Positions 47,401 through 57,916 of a stretch of DNA of 64,000 bases are shown here, one piece after another. How positions within the stretch are numbered: the stretch's first letter is position 1; each line of letters begins with the position of its first letter. Origin of the DNA: Caecitellus pseudoparvulus (Eukaryota; Protista; Bigyra: Bicosoecida). The stretch covers positions 59,878 through 123,877 of the forward strand of contig CBFFRQ010000086.1 of assembly GCA_965644315.1 (NCBI GenBank), given 5' to 3'. Position numbers and translations under genes: made by a program. Below the pieces are notes generated by a model. That model did not search any database, had not been told where the DNA came from, and worked only from the letters and a program-made list of their open reading frames with translations.

Positions 47401-49940
47401 GAGGCGTGATGCTTGGCTCGAAAGTTGCTCATCACGTGAGCAGTGGAGGTGAAAGACGTTCGGGGCGTCCGCTGGGGGGCTTGGCCAGGGTGAGACTCCC
47501 CTGCCCCCCTGGCCAGAAGGCGACTCCGGGCCTCTGAAAGGCGCTGGCGCGTTGTCGCGGCCTTGCTCGCGAGCGCATGCCAGGCTCTGAAAGTAGCATG
47601 CGCTTGCCTCGTGTTGTGGTGCTGGGCCGCAAGTTGGAGTGCTGCCTTCAATGCTGGCAGGGCGCGGGTGCAGCCAGCCCAACCCCGGAACGCCTTCTCA
47701 ACGGCTCGATGAGAAGCCAAGGCCCCGGCAGCCCTTGAGAGGAATCTTCGCCTGCGTTGACGCAGCATGAATGCGTGCCAGGTTTGTGTGAACGTGTGTG
47801 CCTTGCGCACCAGCGCCGCGACTCGATGGTTGTCAGCCGCCACCCTCCTCGCTACTGCCTCAGTGTGCACGGCGCGCAGAGCACACCACCCCTGCAGAAG
47901 CAATGCAGCGGCTTGTCCTCGTGCCAGTCCGTCGACAACAAGGGCCTCGCGCCGTCGCCTAGCTGCCAAAGGTGCCTTCAGCAGCTGCCATGCGGTGCTA
48001 AGGCGTTGTCGCCGAAGCGCGCTATTCATGACTGCCACGGCAAACTCTGAGCCGTTGAAGTCCGCGTCTGGCGCGTTGCCGTCGCCCGTGCCCTTGCTGC
48101 TGCCTGGGGCAACTGCAAGAACGCGAGGGTGCGGGGCACCTGGAGGATTCCCATGCCTTGACGGCGCCAACCAAGCCTCGTTTCCCTCGCTGCATGCGTC
48201 TGGAGTTCGCTCGACGCTTCTGAATGCCAGCGCCAAGGAACTGGAGGGCGACGAGGGTGTTCGGGGCGGACTCTGTGACGACGGGGTCGCAGAACGAGCA
48301 GACGCCACTGCGCGCTGGTGTGCCAGGTCTGCTCTCTGTCTCATGCTGGTTGCCAGCAGCGCAGCACTCTCCGCCTGAACAGCAGCCGCCGCGTTGCCTT
48401 CGACCAGCACCAGAGCGTGCAGGTGCCATGCCCGCCACTGCGAAGACAACGACTGAACCAATTGCTGCCACTTGGCGAAGCCCACCTGTGGGTCACGGTG
48501 AACCTCACTTCCCTGCCAGTAGAAACGCTCAAAGCCGAGGCGCAACGTGTCGACGAGTGCGTCGGTGACCGACCCGCAGCTCAGTGTCGCACCCTGGGGC
48601 AGGAGTGGGGAGGATGCAATGAAGGGCGTGGGCCATCTAGGTTTGTGGGGAGCGGGGCCAGGGGCGTGTGCGGTGGTCTGGGCAGCAACAAGCTCCTCCA
48701 CAGGGACCCACTTGTGTCGGGCCTGGGGCAAGGGCAAGGGTCGATGGGGGACTGCGTGCAGCTCGGCAAGGGAAGCTTGTTCGCTGTGCTGGCGCTGCAT
48801 GCTAAGGCGTGCTGCATGGCACGCCAGCCGGGCCGCTCGCTGTGCCAGGGACCCTCGGCGGTGCGCAATGGCCTGTGGTTTGCGAGGAGGTGGGCGGTCG
48901 GGGTCGCGTGGCTGCGTGTCTGGGGAGGGCAAGCCGAGTCCCCGCCTTGCCGCAGCGGGCGCCCTGGAGGTCTGCGAGCCGCCTGTTCGCGGCACCTTTG
49001 AACTGCTGCTTTGCTGTCTTCTGGCTTTGGTGGCGCCGCGTCGCTCGTGGCGCTTGGGGCCGGTGGTGGCTGGAACAGTCGAGGTGGACGGAGTCGCAGC
49101 ACGTGGGCGAGGGACCCGGGCACTGCCCGACACTCCAGGGCTGTCTCGGAGCTGTGGTGGAACTGTTACGCTGGGCACTGCCAAGGTGAGGTCTGGGTCG
49201 GAGGCCGGGGCGAGGTAGGGCAGGGAGAACGAGACAGCCTTTGTGGCCGCCCGACGCCTGCGCTGGGTGGCAGGAGAGGGAAGGGACACGGCCCGTGAGG
49301 AATGGGCTTGTCTCCACACTTGGCTTGCCGAGGCTCCTTGTGGGTGGAGGGGTGCGCGCACTCTCTGTGCCTGTCTTCGTTTTGACGCTGGCGCCTGCCG
49401 GTCGCTGTCCTGTCCAGGCACCTCAGCGCCAGGCACTGCGGGTGGAGGTGCCCCCGGGTCCCTTGCTGTTCGGTCTTTGGGGGTAATGGCAGAGAAGAAA
49501 GCATCAGCCACACTCTCATACTCTCCCTCGTCGAGTATTTTTCCCCCAGTCTCTTCCTCAGTGGGCAAAGGAGTGGGCAACGGATTTTGCGTTTCACTCT
49601 GCGAAACGCCGCTGCCGCACACGGGTTTCAGTCGCAGGGGCGCTTGGGACAGCGCCAGCCGTTTGGAGTGCATGGCCATATAGCTTCCATGCTCTTGGCG
49701 TGGCTTGCGCTGCGGCAGTTGTCCAGGTCGCGTTGGTGGTGCGGATGCAGTAGGCAGCCGTGATGGCTGGCTTTCAACGGCAGCACGCCCTGCCGCCGCC
49801 ACCTGCGCCACGCGGACTTCCGCGGCTTTGGCGGCAAAATCCTGCCACACCTGGTCATCTGAGCCTGCTTCGCGCGGCTCCTTCACTTCCAAAGAGTCTG
49901 CAGAGCCCACAGACGTCGGGGAGCTGCCCCGCTCCGCCAT
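44481..49940 (-). CDS. Large basic helical protein with Sfi1-like (centrin-binding) Trp repeats
   Basis: 1819 aa ORF with many spaced F..W/L..W motifs in R/A-rich helices (AFRGW, TFRAW, CFLAW, LHGW, HFRAW, AFLAW, TFAAW, LRVW, LRAW, LQRW). Confidence 0.6.
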   Translation of the reverse strand: MAERGSSPTSVGSADSLEVKEPREAGSDDQVWQDFAAKAAEVRVAQVAAAGRAAVESQPSRLPTASAPPTRPGQLPQRKPRQEHGSYMAMHSKRLALSQAPLRLKPVCGSGVSQSETQNPLPTPLPTEEETGGKILDEGEYESVADAFFSAITPKDRTARDPGAPPPAVPGAEVPGQDSDRQAPASKRRQAQRVRAPLHPQGASASQVWRQAHSSRAVSLPSPATQRRRRAATKAVSFSLPYLAPASDPDLTLAVPSVTVPPQLRDSPGVSGSARVPRPRAATPSTSTVPATTGPKRHERRGATKARRQQSSSSKVPRTGGSQTSRAPAAARRGLGLPSPDTQPRDPDRPPPRKPQAIAHRRGSLAQRAARLACHAARLSMQRQHSEQASLAELHAVPHRPLPLPQARHKWVPVEELVAAQTTAHAPGPAPHKPRWPTPFIASSPLLPQGATLSCGSVTDALVDTLRLGFERFYWQGSEVHRDPQVGFAKWQQLVQSLSSQWRAWHLHALVLVEGNAAAAVQAESAALLATSMRQRADLAHQRAVASARSATPSSQSPPRTPSSPSSSLALAFRSVERTPDACSEGNEAWLAPSRHGNPPGAPHPRVLAVAPGSSKGTGDGNAPDADFNGSEFAVAVMNSALRRQRLSTAWQLLKAPLAARRRREALVVDGLARGQAAALLLQGWCALRAVHTEAVARRVAADNHRVAALVRKAHTFTQTWHAFMLRQRRRRFLSRAAGALASHRAVEKAFRGWAGCTRALPALKAALQLAAQHHNTRQAHATFRAWHALASKAATTRQRLSEARSRLLARGAGESHPGQAPQRTPRTSFTSTAHVMSNFRAKHHASEQISAFRAAWTSGSLRMLPSWTSCGLTCAFFFAVWRAKAEHEVRALQRENGAVAGSRSVENASRQALHPARLWDSVERLPPQVALGLSGAQAPSAAARKRVKQSAWREVHARILLHLACAAVPEGLDERRRAEPRSWAAELPLSQLSPILADAPGTVSPTPSMPMPPFADELQGDQVQRVPAGAAGRPPGLLAGTHPEDSLLRGQPTELFVPGGGREEADLVWGISERAAHGRSGKHVRDVPRHGGQSALRAPGSRAEPAQGSVESAQSDAAGASRPASAPDPVRRRATLARNSSNTQSSWSSMSDSDSESDGSAVSFVRGIFALRLLRLCFEGLKDHARRERLVATATVRRHRSVLVACFTALKVASNNACQLNQRALARGSLSRQRRCFLAWQGAAQWSAASRRSTEAHHIDRLRCRRVLRGLKRAAGEYNLVRRLRRQLRLGSLRRALHGWHQVVGSAAAHVHAKQRHVQALQATWATRRASDAMGLWARRARERSLLRRVVERGLQMHRAALASFPSAGMQEYESQALHFRAWAQVSESLRAQRKEQAALYAAAVFLRGKRLGAAFLAWKGVPKHRVLASRTKAQQTLSSTFAAWRSVTETLLCTAGQVHERIVRPARARTCLRVWSALALRRQSARALRARCLGRAAKESLRAWCVLTITRRRVKPLQWHRRQVLAKNMAAWREESKVRRFAAQRSLSRCFTLLAKWVELAYAQRQRTAASQAIAAARLRRVLQRWSCAASRRRASHSSKPSTGKARLEAPRQAPSMGGPPLARQEQHCSLPSSNTAAGGLSRDSDRSGTPSPLPVPTRSPPPAKYVPVTSFERKPFADIAAKLSQLESRATAAMPGPDVAALERLVRKSSPGQPPWVPPGIAPHRPQRTAAPRESPIVRLVPEGAPAEPSVIGVRLSDRAVQGDPLRGLQLPRAPLHPRPRAGQATLRFGHDPCLLPLSQAEFEDLAARLSTRHTR

Positions 49941-50108
49941 GCCACCGCCACTGCCACAGCAACCCTTGTAGTTTCAATGGCTGCCAGAGGAGTGGTTGGG
50001 CCCTGTGGCCGTGGGTGGTTACTGTTGCACACTCCTACATTTGTGTCGCGCCTGTTGAGGAGGGGATTTGAAATCCTGGACGCTCTGGCACAGGTGGACT
50101 GCTGCGCG

Positions 50109-51259
50109 CTAAGGCTGAGCGGCAGGTGCCTCGCGCCCCTCCTCGGCGCACGGAAGGTCATCCTGGGGCACTTTGGTGTACTCTGCTTTTGCAGTGGCCG
50201 GGGGTGTGGAGGCACTGCCCCCCAACTTGCTCGCTGTGTACAGCGCCATGCCAACCATGGCCAACGCGATGCCAGCCAAGTTCTTGGCGTTCAGCGGGTA
50301 CCCCAGCATGATCCAGGAGCCTGCAAGGATCAGTACAGTCTTAAAGTGCCCCACCACGTTGTACGTGACAGCGGAGGTAGCCCCCAGCACCATGAGAATG
50401 GCCAAGTTGACACCGACAGACAACACTGCAGATCCGGCAATGGCCAGCACGACACCAGGAGTCCACTTGAAGTAAATGAGGCTTTGCCCATTGGCTCCAA
50501 ACAACCCCCAGTTATCAAACAGCGGCGCAACCATCGTGGCAATGACGGCACAGGCGTCAATGATGTTCATCAACAGTTGCTGAGAAGTCAAGCCCATGCT
50601 CGACCGCACGCCCTCCACGCGGATTTGGTACCAGGCTGTGACACACATGTTCGTCAGCGCAAAGATGAGTCCAACCGTATTCGTCTGGGCGGGGGGGGGC
50701 TTGTGGGGTGGACGTATTGCCTACCGCGCACGCTCGCTGTGTAGAGCGCACCTGAAAGTCATTCACTGTTGCCATGACCACACCGACGACCACAATGCTG
50801 AGAGCGCCGATAATGGGACGGGAGAAAGTCTTGCCAAAAGCGGTAAATTGCACCATGGCAATAAAAGGGGTCGTCAGAATCTTGATCTGCTCAGGTCAAG
50901 CAGGCGAGGTGTGCAGCAGACGAGCTGGTGGGGCAAGCAATTTCCGCAACTCGCACCATTTGGTAGACCCCGACGCTGTTGAAAGCCAGGGACAGGTTTG
51001 AGAGCGGGATGGACAGGGCGTATGCTGCTGCAATTGGCAGGACCTGAAGCAGCGCAACTGGCTTGGGCGTGAACAGCTTCTGCCACGCCATGAGCCGGAG
51101 ACCGGCTGCCGTTGCCCAGAAGTGCACAGCCGTCAGCGTGGCAGCGTAGTTGAACCCAAACACGTCAAACACATACTTATTGACCAGAACAATGCTGACG
51201 TTTACCGCCAAATTGAAAGCGATCAAACCTGCCACATGGCGCTGCTCTCCAGACAACAT
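50109..51259 (-). CDS. Nucleotide-sugar/triose-phosphate transporter family protein (SLC35E3-like), multi-exon
   Basis: SIVLVNKYVF..FNYAATLTAVHF, NLSLAFNSVGVYQM/IKILTTP and SAVTYNVVGHFKT. Confidence 0.88.
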
Positions 51260-51611
51260 CGTCGCACTCTGGCTCACTTGCGTCCACCAGGTCGCCAGAG
51301 CCAAGGATGCGCCTGGGACAGTTCCTTCGCACGGTGGGCTTCTTGCGAAGCGTAGATGGAGGGATGAGGGGAAATTAGTGTGTTGGGGCGAATGATACGC
51401 TTCCACCGCACTGGAATGTGGCGAACCGCGTTTTAGGGAAACATTTGGACTTTTGACTTGTGCCCGGAGAGCTATGCAGACTAGGCGACGTTTTGTTTCT
51501 CACTGGGACTCCTGTGCGCAAAATGAAAGCGAAAACACCATCCTCTCACGCCCTCGACTGGCACAGAAGTCGGCGTTGTGGTCGTTTTGCCCATCTGTGA
51601 GAGCCTTTGGC

Positions 51612-53195
51612 ATGGCACGGCTGCAAACGGTGGCAGGGTGTTGCCTGCTGGCTTGCTTGGTGGCTCAAGCTGCCGGGCGAGTGAACAAGCTGACGCTGAA
51701 GGACGATTCTCGTGCTGTCTTTTCCGTGGAGACGTTTGGCTTTGCAAGAGGAGGTGTAGCAGAGCTCCACGTGCGGAACGCTGCCCTGCCAGGCGCCATG
51801 CGCGCTGGCTTCATTTTGCTGAAGGTGCGGAAGTTGCTTTGCGCAGTCTCGCTGTGTGCTGTCTCGGTGGCGGCACGTGTGTGCCCTGTGTTGCTGCACT
51901 GCCGAGAATGCGATGCCCCCACTATACACAGAGCAAGACTGAGGCTGGCGTGGCACAAACCATCGAGGTGAGCCTGGTCACCGTGCCAGGGAGCTGGTCA
52001 CGTGGAGGCACGTGTTGCTGTCTGGTCCCACCCTGCTGCGCAGTACGTCATCAAGGAGAAGGAGTGCATCTTGGAGCCTCGAGTGACGAGCCAAGCAATG
52101 GCTCTGCACCTTGTGGAGGGTTTCCAATCCACGGGGAACGCAACTGCCAAGTGGTTCATCCAGGAGCCGGGCTTGTACGACTTGGTGTTTGCCAACTGCC
52201 ACCCCGGCACGCCCAGCACCAGCTTCAAGGCAGGCATGAAGTTCTACAACCCTGGGCCTGACTACTTGTCTGTGGGTGAGGCCCCGCTCCCCTGGATCTA
52301 CCTTCTCTCCGCGCTTGGGTTTGCAACCATGGCGGGTGTCTGGGTGTGGGCGCTGCGCACAGCGCCAGTGGGCAAGGCGGTCACCATGCACTACTTCATG
52401 TTGGCGCTGTTGGTGTTCAAGGCGCTTGCCGCGCTGTTCGAGGGTATCATGTTTCACTTCATCTCTGTCGTTGGGCACTCCACGGGTTGGAGCGTCGTGT
52501 GGTACATCCTCAACTTTTTCAAGGGCATGCTGACCTTCACTGTCATCCTCGTCGTGGGCACAGGGTACTCCCTGCTGAAGCCCGCCCTGAACCTGCGGGA
52601 GAAGTACACCGTCGCTGCCGTGCTGGCCTTGCAAGTGCTGAACAACATCGCCATCATCGTCGTGTGGGAGGGGCAACCCGGCTCCCTCGTCACAGGCACC
52701 TGGACTGACCTCCTGCACATCGTTGACATCGTCTGCTGCGCTGCGGTGCTGTTCCCCATAGCATGGAGTCTGAAGAACCTGCAGGTGGCAGCTGCCGCTG
52801 ACGGCAAGGCTGCCCGCGCCTTGGTGCGCCTGCAGCAGTTCCGCGCCTTCTACCTGTACGTCATCGTGTATGTGTACCTCTCCCGCATCGTCGTGTTCAT
52901 CATGACAGCGACGCTTGGGTACAAGCTGACGTGGCTGGCACCAGCGTTTGCCGAGGCGTTTGCGGCCGCTTTCTACCTCGCAGTGGGCTTTAAGTTCCGG
53001 CCAGAGGCCGACAACCCGTACTTGCAGCTGCCTACAGAGGATGGAGACGGTGAGTTTGGGCTGGGGGATGCGGACGAGCTGCAGGAGGACGCTGCTCCGC
53101 GCCCTCCAGCTGCAGCCGCCAGCATCGAGCTCCCCCAGATTCCTGCAGATGTTGAGGCAGGGCCTCGGGCTGGAAAGGGAGCTCTGGCTGATTGA
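51612..53195 (+). CDS. GOST/Lung 7-TM family protein (GPR107/GPR108-like), multi-exon
   Basis: Signal peptide, ETFGFARGG, GLYDLVFANC, YLSVGEAPLP, DIVCCAAVLFPIAWSLKNL, ADGKAAR..RLQQFRAFY and GFKFRPEADNPYL. Confidence 0.9.
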
Positions 53196-53296
53196 TGAGT
53201 GCAGGGCAAATGCAGCGTAAACGTCCGAATGACAGCTGTCATGTAGAATCCATCCATACATCAGTACATTGAGGTAATTTTTTCCGCACCAGGCAT

Positions 53297-53377
53297 CTCG
53301 GCTTAGCTCAGGGGCAGAGCGTTTGACTGTAGATACGAATATTCAAATAGTCCCTGGTTCGATTCCGGGAGCCGAGA
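53297..53377 (+). tRNA. tRNA-Tyr(GTA) with a short (about 9 nt) intron, copy 1
   Basis: Acceptor stem CTCGGCT/AGCCGAG, D-arm GCTC/GAGC, anticodon stem TTTGA/TCAAA with loop CTGTAG plus intron, and T-arm GGTTCGATTCC. A T7 Pol III terminator follows. Confidence 0.92.
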
Positions 53378-53636
53378 GTTTTTTTCACGCAGCGTGTTTA
53401 TGGTCGACACACGACCTTGTGCTTGACAGGGGCCTTCCGCAAAAACAGCCGTCCTCGACGCATGTCAGACTTGTTGTCACATGGGAACAGGGTAGGTACA
53501 GTGCTATGTGGAGAATTTGAAAGTTGACGGCAACCATGGTCGGTGCGACTCTTGGGCACGGACACCACACTCCGTTGACACCCGGATGCACTAGTAAAAA
53601 TGATATTATAATCACCAATATGTCCTGTCCTATCAT

Positions 53637-53717
53637 CTCGGCTTAGCTCAGGGGCAGAGCGTTTGACTGTAGATACGAATATTCAAATAGTCCCTGGTTC
53701 GATTCCGGGAGCCGAGA
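53637..53717 (+). tRNA. tRNA-Tyr(GTA) with intron, identical copy 2
   Basis: Identical to copy 1, 340 bp downstream, followed by a T7 run. Confidence 0.92.
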
Positions 53718-53824
53718 GTTTTTTTCGCGGCTCACCTTTCTGCAGAGTTGAATCGACCCAACAATCAGCGAGCAAAGAACACAAACTACCAAGAACACAA
53801 CCCGGAGCATGCATTGGGGAGATC

Positions 53825-55531
53825 TCAGAACGTTCCGAGGTCCTCCGCGACAGTGAAGGGCGCCTCCGTCTTGGCCTTGAGCTCCTCGATGGTGCAGCCG
53901 TCGGCCATTTCGATGAGGTGCAGGCCCGAGCCGTCCTTCTTCACGTCGAACACCGCCAGCTCGGTGATGATGCGGTCCACGACGCCCTTGCCGGTGAGGG
54001 GCAGGGAGCAGGCGTTGAGGATCTTAGGCTTGTCCCCCTTGGCGCAGTGCTCCATGGTGACCACGACGCGGGAGCCGCTGCCGACGAGGTCCATGGCGCC
54101 GCCCATGCCCTTGACCATCTTGCCGGGGATGATCCAGTTGGCCAGGTCGCCGTTGGCTGCCACTTGCAGCGCGCCCAGCATGGTCAGGTCCATGTGCCCC
54201 CCCCGGATCATGGCGAAGGACTCGGAGGAGCTGAACAAGGACGCGCCGGGGATGGCGGTGACCGTCTCCTTGCCGGCGTTGATGAGGTCGGGGTCGGCCT
54301 GGCCTGCCTGGGGGTAGGGGCCCATGCCCAGCAGGCCGTTCTCGCTCTGCAGCTCGATGCGGACGCCCTCTGGGACGTAGTTGGAGGCGAGGGTGGGGAT
54401 GCCGATGCCCAGGTTCACGTACATGCCATCCTTGAACTCCTTGGAGGCACGCTCGACGATGCGGCGACGGGCGGGGTTCAGCTTCACGTTGCCGGCGCCG
54501 TCCTCTGTCAGGCGCTCGATGCGCTTCTCGAAGGAGGCGGAGTGCACGACGCGGTCGACGTAAATGCCGGGCAAGTGCACTTCGGAGGGGGGGATGACGC
54601 CCGGCTCCACGACCTCCTCCACCTCCACCACGGTGATGGCACCTGCCTTGGCCATGTCTGGGTTGAAGTTCATGGCGGAGCCCTTGAACTGGACGTTGCC
54701 ACGGGTGTCGGCGCGCCAGGCCTTGATGAGGGCGAAGTCACCCCGGATGCCCTCCTCCATGATGTACTGGCGACCCCAGAACTCCCGCTCCTCTCGGCGC
54801 TCGGAGGGGATGGCGGTGCCCTCGCCGCCCGGGCCGTACTTGATGGTGGCGCCACCCTCGTGGATCATGGTGCCATACCCGGTGGGCGTGAAGAAGGCGG
54901 GGATGCCGGCGCCGCCTGCACGCACACGCTCCGCCAGGGTGCCCTGTGGAGTCAGCTCCACCTCCAGCTCACCAGACAGGTACTGCCGCTCGAACTCCTT
55001 GTTCTCCCCCACGTAGCTGCTGATCATGCGCTTGATCTGGCGGGTGTGCAGCAGCAGGCCCAGGCCGAAGTCGTCCACACCAGCGTTGTTGGAGACGGCG
55101 GTGAGGCCCTTGGTGCCCTGAGCAGTGCAGCGCCAGGCGGGAGTGGGCGTGGTGAGGCAGCGGCCCAGCGTGCAGAGTGCACTGGGCACTCACCTGGTCC
55201 CGGACAGCAGTAATGAGGTTCTCAGGAATGCCACACAGCCCGAAGCCGCCCACCAGCCTGCGGGGACAGGGGCACACTGGGTCGTCTGCAAGGCGGGGTG
55301 TGGCGGGGTGACACCGGCTGCTGTCTCACGCACAGGGTCGCGTTGTCTGGGATGTCCTTCACTGCTTCCGCTGCTGACGCAACGATCTTGTTCACTGGGC
55401 GGGAGCTCATGTAGCGGCTGGCCTGCGGGGCGCGTGTGAGCAGATGCGTGCAGTGGATGGAAGCGGCAGCAGCCCGCTGCAATACTCACTGCCGCAGTGG
55501 CCCTCGCCGCTGTTGCTGCGCGAGCAAGCAT
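53825..55531 (-). CDS. OXCT1: Succinyl-CoA:3-ketoacid CoA transferase (SCOT), fused A+B subunits, mitochondrial presequence, spliced 5' end
   Basis: [51 protein letters not shown] (catalytic Glu) and GMGGAMDLV. Codon usage is strongly GC3-biased. Confidence 0.96.
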
Positions 55532-56063
55532 GTTTAAGGAGTGCAGGGTGCAAAGCAATGCAAGGGGAAGGGTGCTACTGCAACTCTGACCGCTGGTGGA
55601 GCTCATTTGCTGTCACGCTTGGAAAGTGATGCACGAGCTTGACTGCTGCGGATTTTGACGGCTGCCATTTCGCTGGCTTCCAACCACTGCGTGGCGCACT
55701 TGCGTGCAGGTTGTGCCGCTCGACACGACACGCCCCCGGCATTGTGTGTGGTATGTCGTGACACAACAGCACCTTTCGTACCGCTGGCACTCGCTCGGGG
55801 TGGGCTTGTGTACTCAAGCGGCTTGCTAGGCAGCCTGCAAGGAGAGCGTTCAGCTGCGCCGCAGTCCCTGCCCAGAAGACCGCCATAGCCACTTCTAAAC
55901 TGGTCAGGGTGTTGCCACGACGTGAGGCACACGCTGCACCAGGAACTCGGGGCCCAGCGAAGGGCTCCCCCCTCGCCAGTGAGGTGGCAGGCCCGGCAAG
56001 GGACCTGGCCAGGCCAGTGGCAAGCGCCCGCGGCAGCCCAGCCGTGGAACTCCGCCTTCGACC

Positions 56064-57878
56064 ATGGCAGCTGCTGCACAGCCCGCCAAGTCCTCCAACG
56101 CTGAGCGCTTCATCTTCGCACAGCTTGCCCTGATCGTGAGTGAGGGGCGCGGTGCTGAGCGGCGCTGCTGCTTCGACAAGGTGCTCACACCAGCCTCACA
56201 CCGACTCAAACCCTGCCTGCACCTGCCTCAGGGCCAACACGTGCACGTGCGGACGAAGGATGGCAGCGTCTACGCTGGCGTCTTCCACTCCTCTGACCCG
56301 CGCCCAGGCGGCCTGGCGCTGACGTTGCGTTTCGCCAGTGTGGAGGTGTGTGCTGGTTCTTGCCCGTGAAACGCCGGTATGCTCCCGCTGCCCCTGCTCA
56401 CGCACCTCACCTGCCACGCACACCTCGCCAGACGAAAGGCTCTGCTGCCTTGGAGTTGACCCCAGACAACGCGGTGTTGGTGCGCTCTGAAGACTTCGTG
56501 GAGGTGGGTGGCCACCAAGACTGCTGCACCGCACACTCACGCCGTGCCACTCCGCGCTCCCCGTACCTCCCAGATGTGGGCACCGCATGTGGACATGGCG
56601 GCCCTCGTCACTCCCAGCAGTGACTCCTTCAAGACTGACGGCGACATCTCCCGCCGATCGGCCGCAGTGGGCCGTGACCTCACCCGGGCTGGTGCGGAGT
56701 GGGTTGGCGACAGCTCCACGCTGCTGGCCGGTCTCGAGGAGGACGACGATGGCAAGGGCTTCGACCAGTTCGAGACCATCCGCCGCATGACGGGACACAA
56801 CCCCACCTTCGACGAGGACGCGTACACCACGCGCCTGAACCGCAGTGAATTCTCCCAGCGCGACCGGGCCGAGGCCAGCCGTGTGGCCAAGGAGATCATG
56901 GGCTCCAGCACCACCAACTTCCACGTGGCGGAGGAGCGAGGGCAGGGCTTCCGGGGTGGCTTCGACTCCGAGGCACGCTACTCTGGTGTCCTGCGCTCCC
57001 AGGAGGCGCCGCCAGCGGACGCCACCCCCCCCACGCCTGGCAAGTACGTCCCCCCCAACCGCCGCAAGGACACACCCTCCTTCAGCGATGTTCTGCAAGG
57101 CAAAACGGCACCTGCTCCTGCGCCAGCACCGAAGCCAGCTCCAGCACCAGCACCAGCACCAGCTCCAGCACCAGCACCAGCTCCAGCTCCAGCTCCAGCT
57201 CCAGCTCCAGCTCCAGCACCAACACCAGCGCCAGGCAAGTCTGGGCGCTCTGCCGAGATCGAAGGTCTGCGTGAATTTTCCTCCAAGGTGGGCCGCACCA
57301 TCCAAGAGAAAAAGGGAGCTCGGGCCAGCGCTAAGGCTGCCAAGCAGGGCCGGGCCGCACCCGCACCTGCACCCGTGCCAGCCCCAGCGCCAGCTGCCGC
57401 TGCTCCTGCCCCTGCCCCTGCGACAGCAGCAACAGCAGGTCCCAAGGCCAAGAAGCCGCTGAAGTTCAACGTCAACGCAGCAGCGTGGGAAGGCGGCTTT
57501 GATGCGACCCCGGCCCCGGCACCAGCGCAGACCCAGCCCTTCCCCGGGCCGGGCACCCGCTATGGCCAGTTCATGGCTCCTCAAGTGCCCTACCACGGCC
57601 AGCCGCAGTTCGGCGCCGCTCCTCCCTTCATGCCCATGGGGGGGGGCTATGCCCCCATGCCCATGGGCGCCGGTGGGTACCCTGTTCCCAACCAGGGAGC
57701 CCCGCCCTACATCCCGGCAACCGGCCCTTTTCCACAGCAGGCGGGGGCCGTGCCCCACGCGCCCGCTGCAGGCGTGCCTGGCCCCGCCACGCAAGCCCCA
57801 GGCGCGCCTAGCCAGGCCACGCAAGCTGCACGGGCTGCCATGGCCAGCAGCGTCAAGCCCACCTCCCCCCGCCACTGA
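56064..57878 (+). CDS. ATXN2: Ataxin-2/PBP1-like protein (Lsm, LsmAD, PAM2), multi-exon
   Basis: GQHVHVRTKDGSVYAGVF (SM-ATX), FKTDGDIS, FDQFE..PTFDEDAYTTRL..A.RVAKEI..HVAEERG (LsmAD) and KFNVNAAAW (PAM2-like). Confidence 0.88.
57110..57232 (+). repeat. Coding hexanucleotide tandem repeat (CCAGCW)n encoding a Pro-Ala tract
   Basis: Visible run of ccagca/ccagct units. Confidence 0.9.
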
Positions 57879-57916
57879 CCTCGGCCAATGCACCGTCTCC
57901 ACGCGAACACCCTCCC

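Noticed and set aside
53297-53717. Direct repeat with spacer as a possible CRISPR or att site
   Set aside because: There are only two units, both complete tRNA genes, and no cas or integrase gene is nearby.
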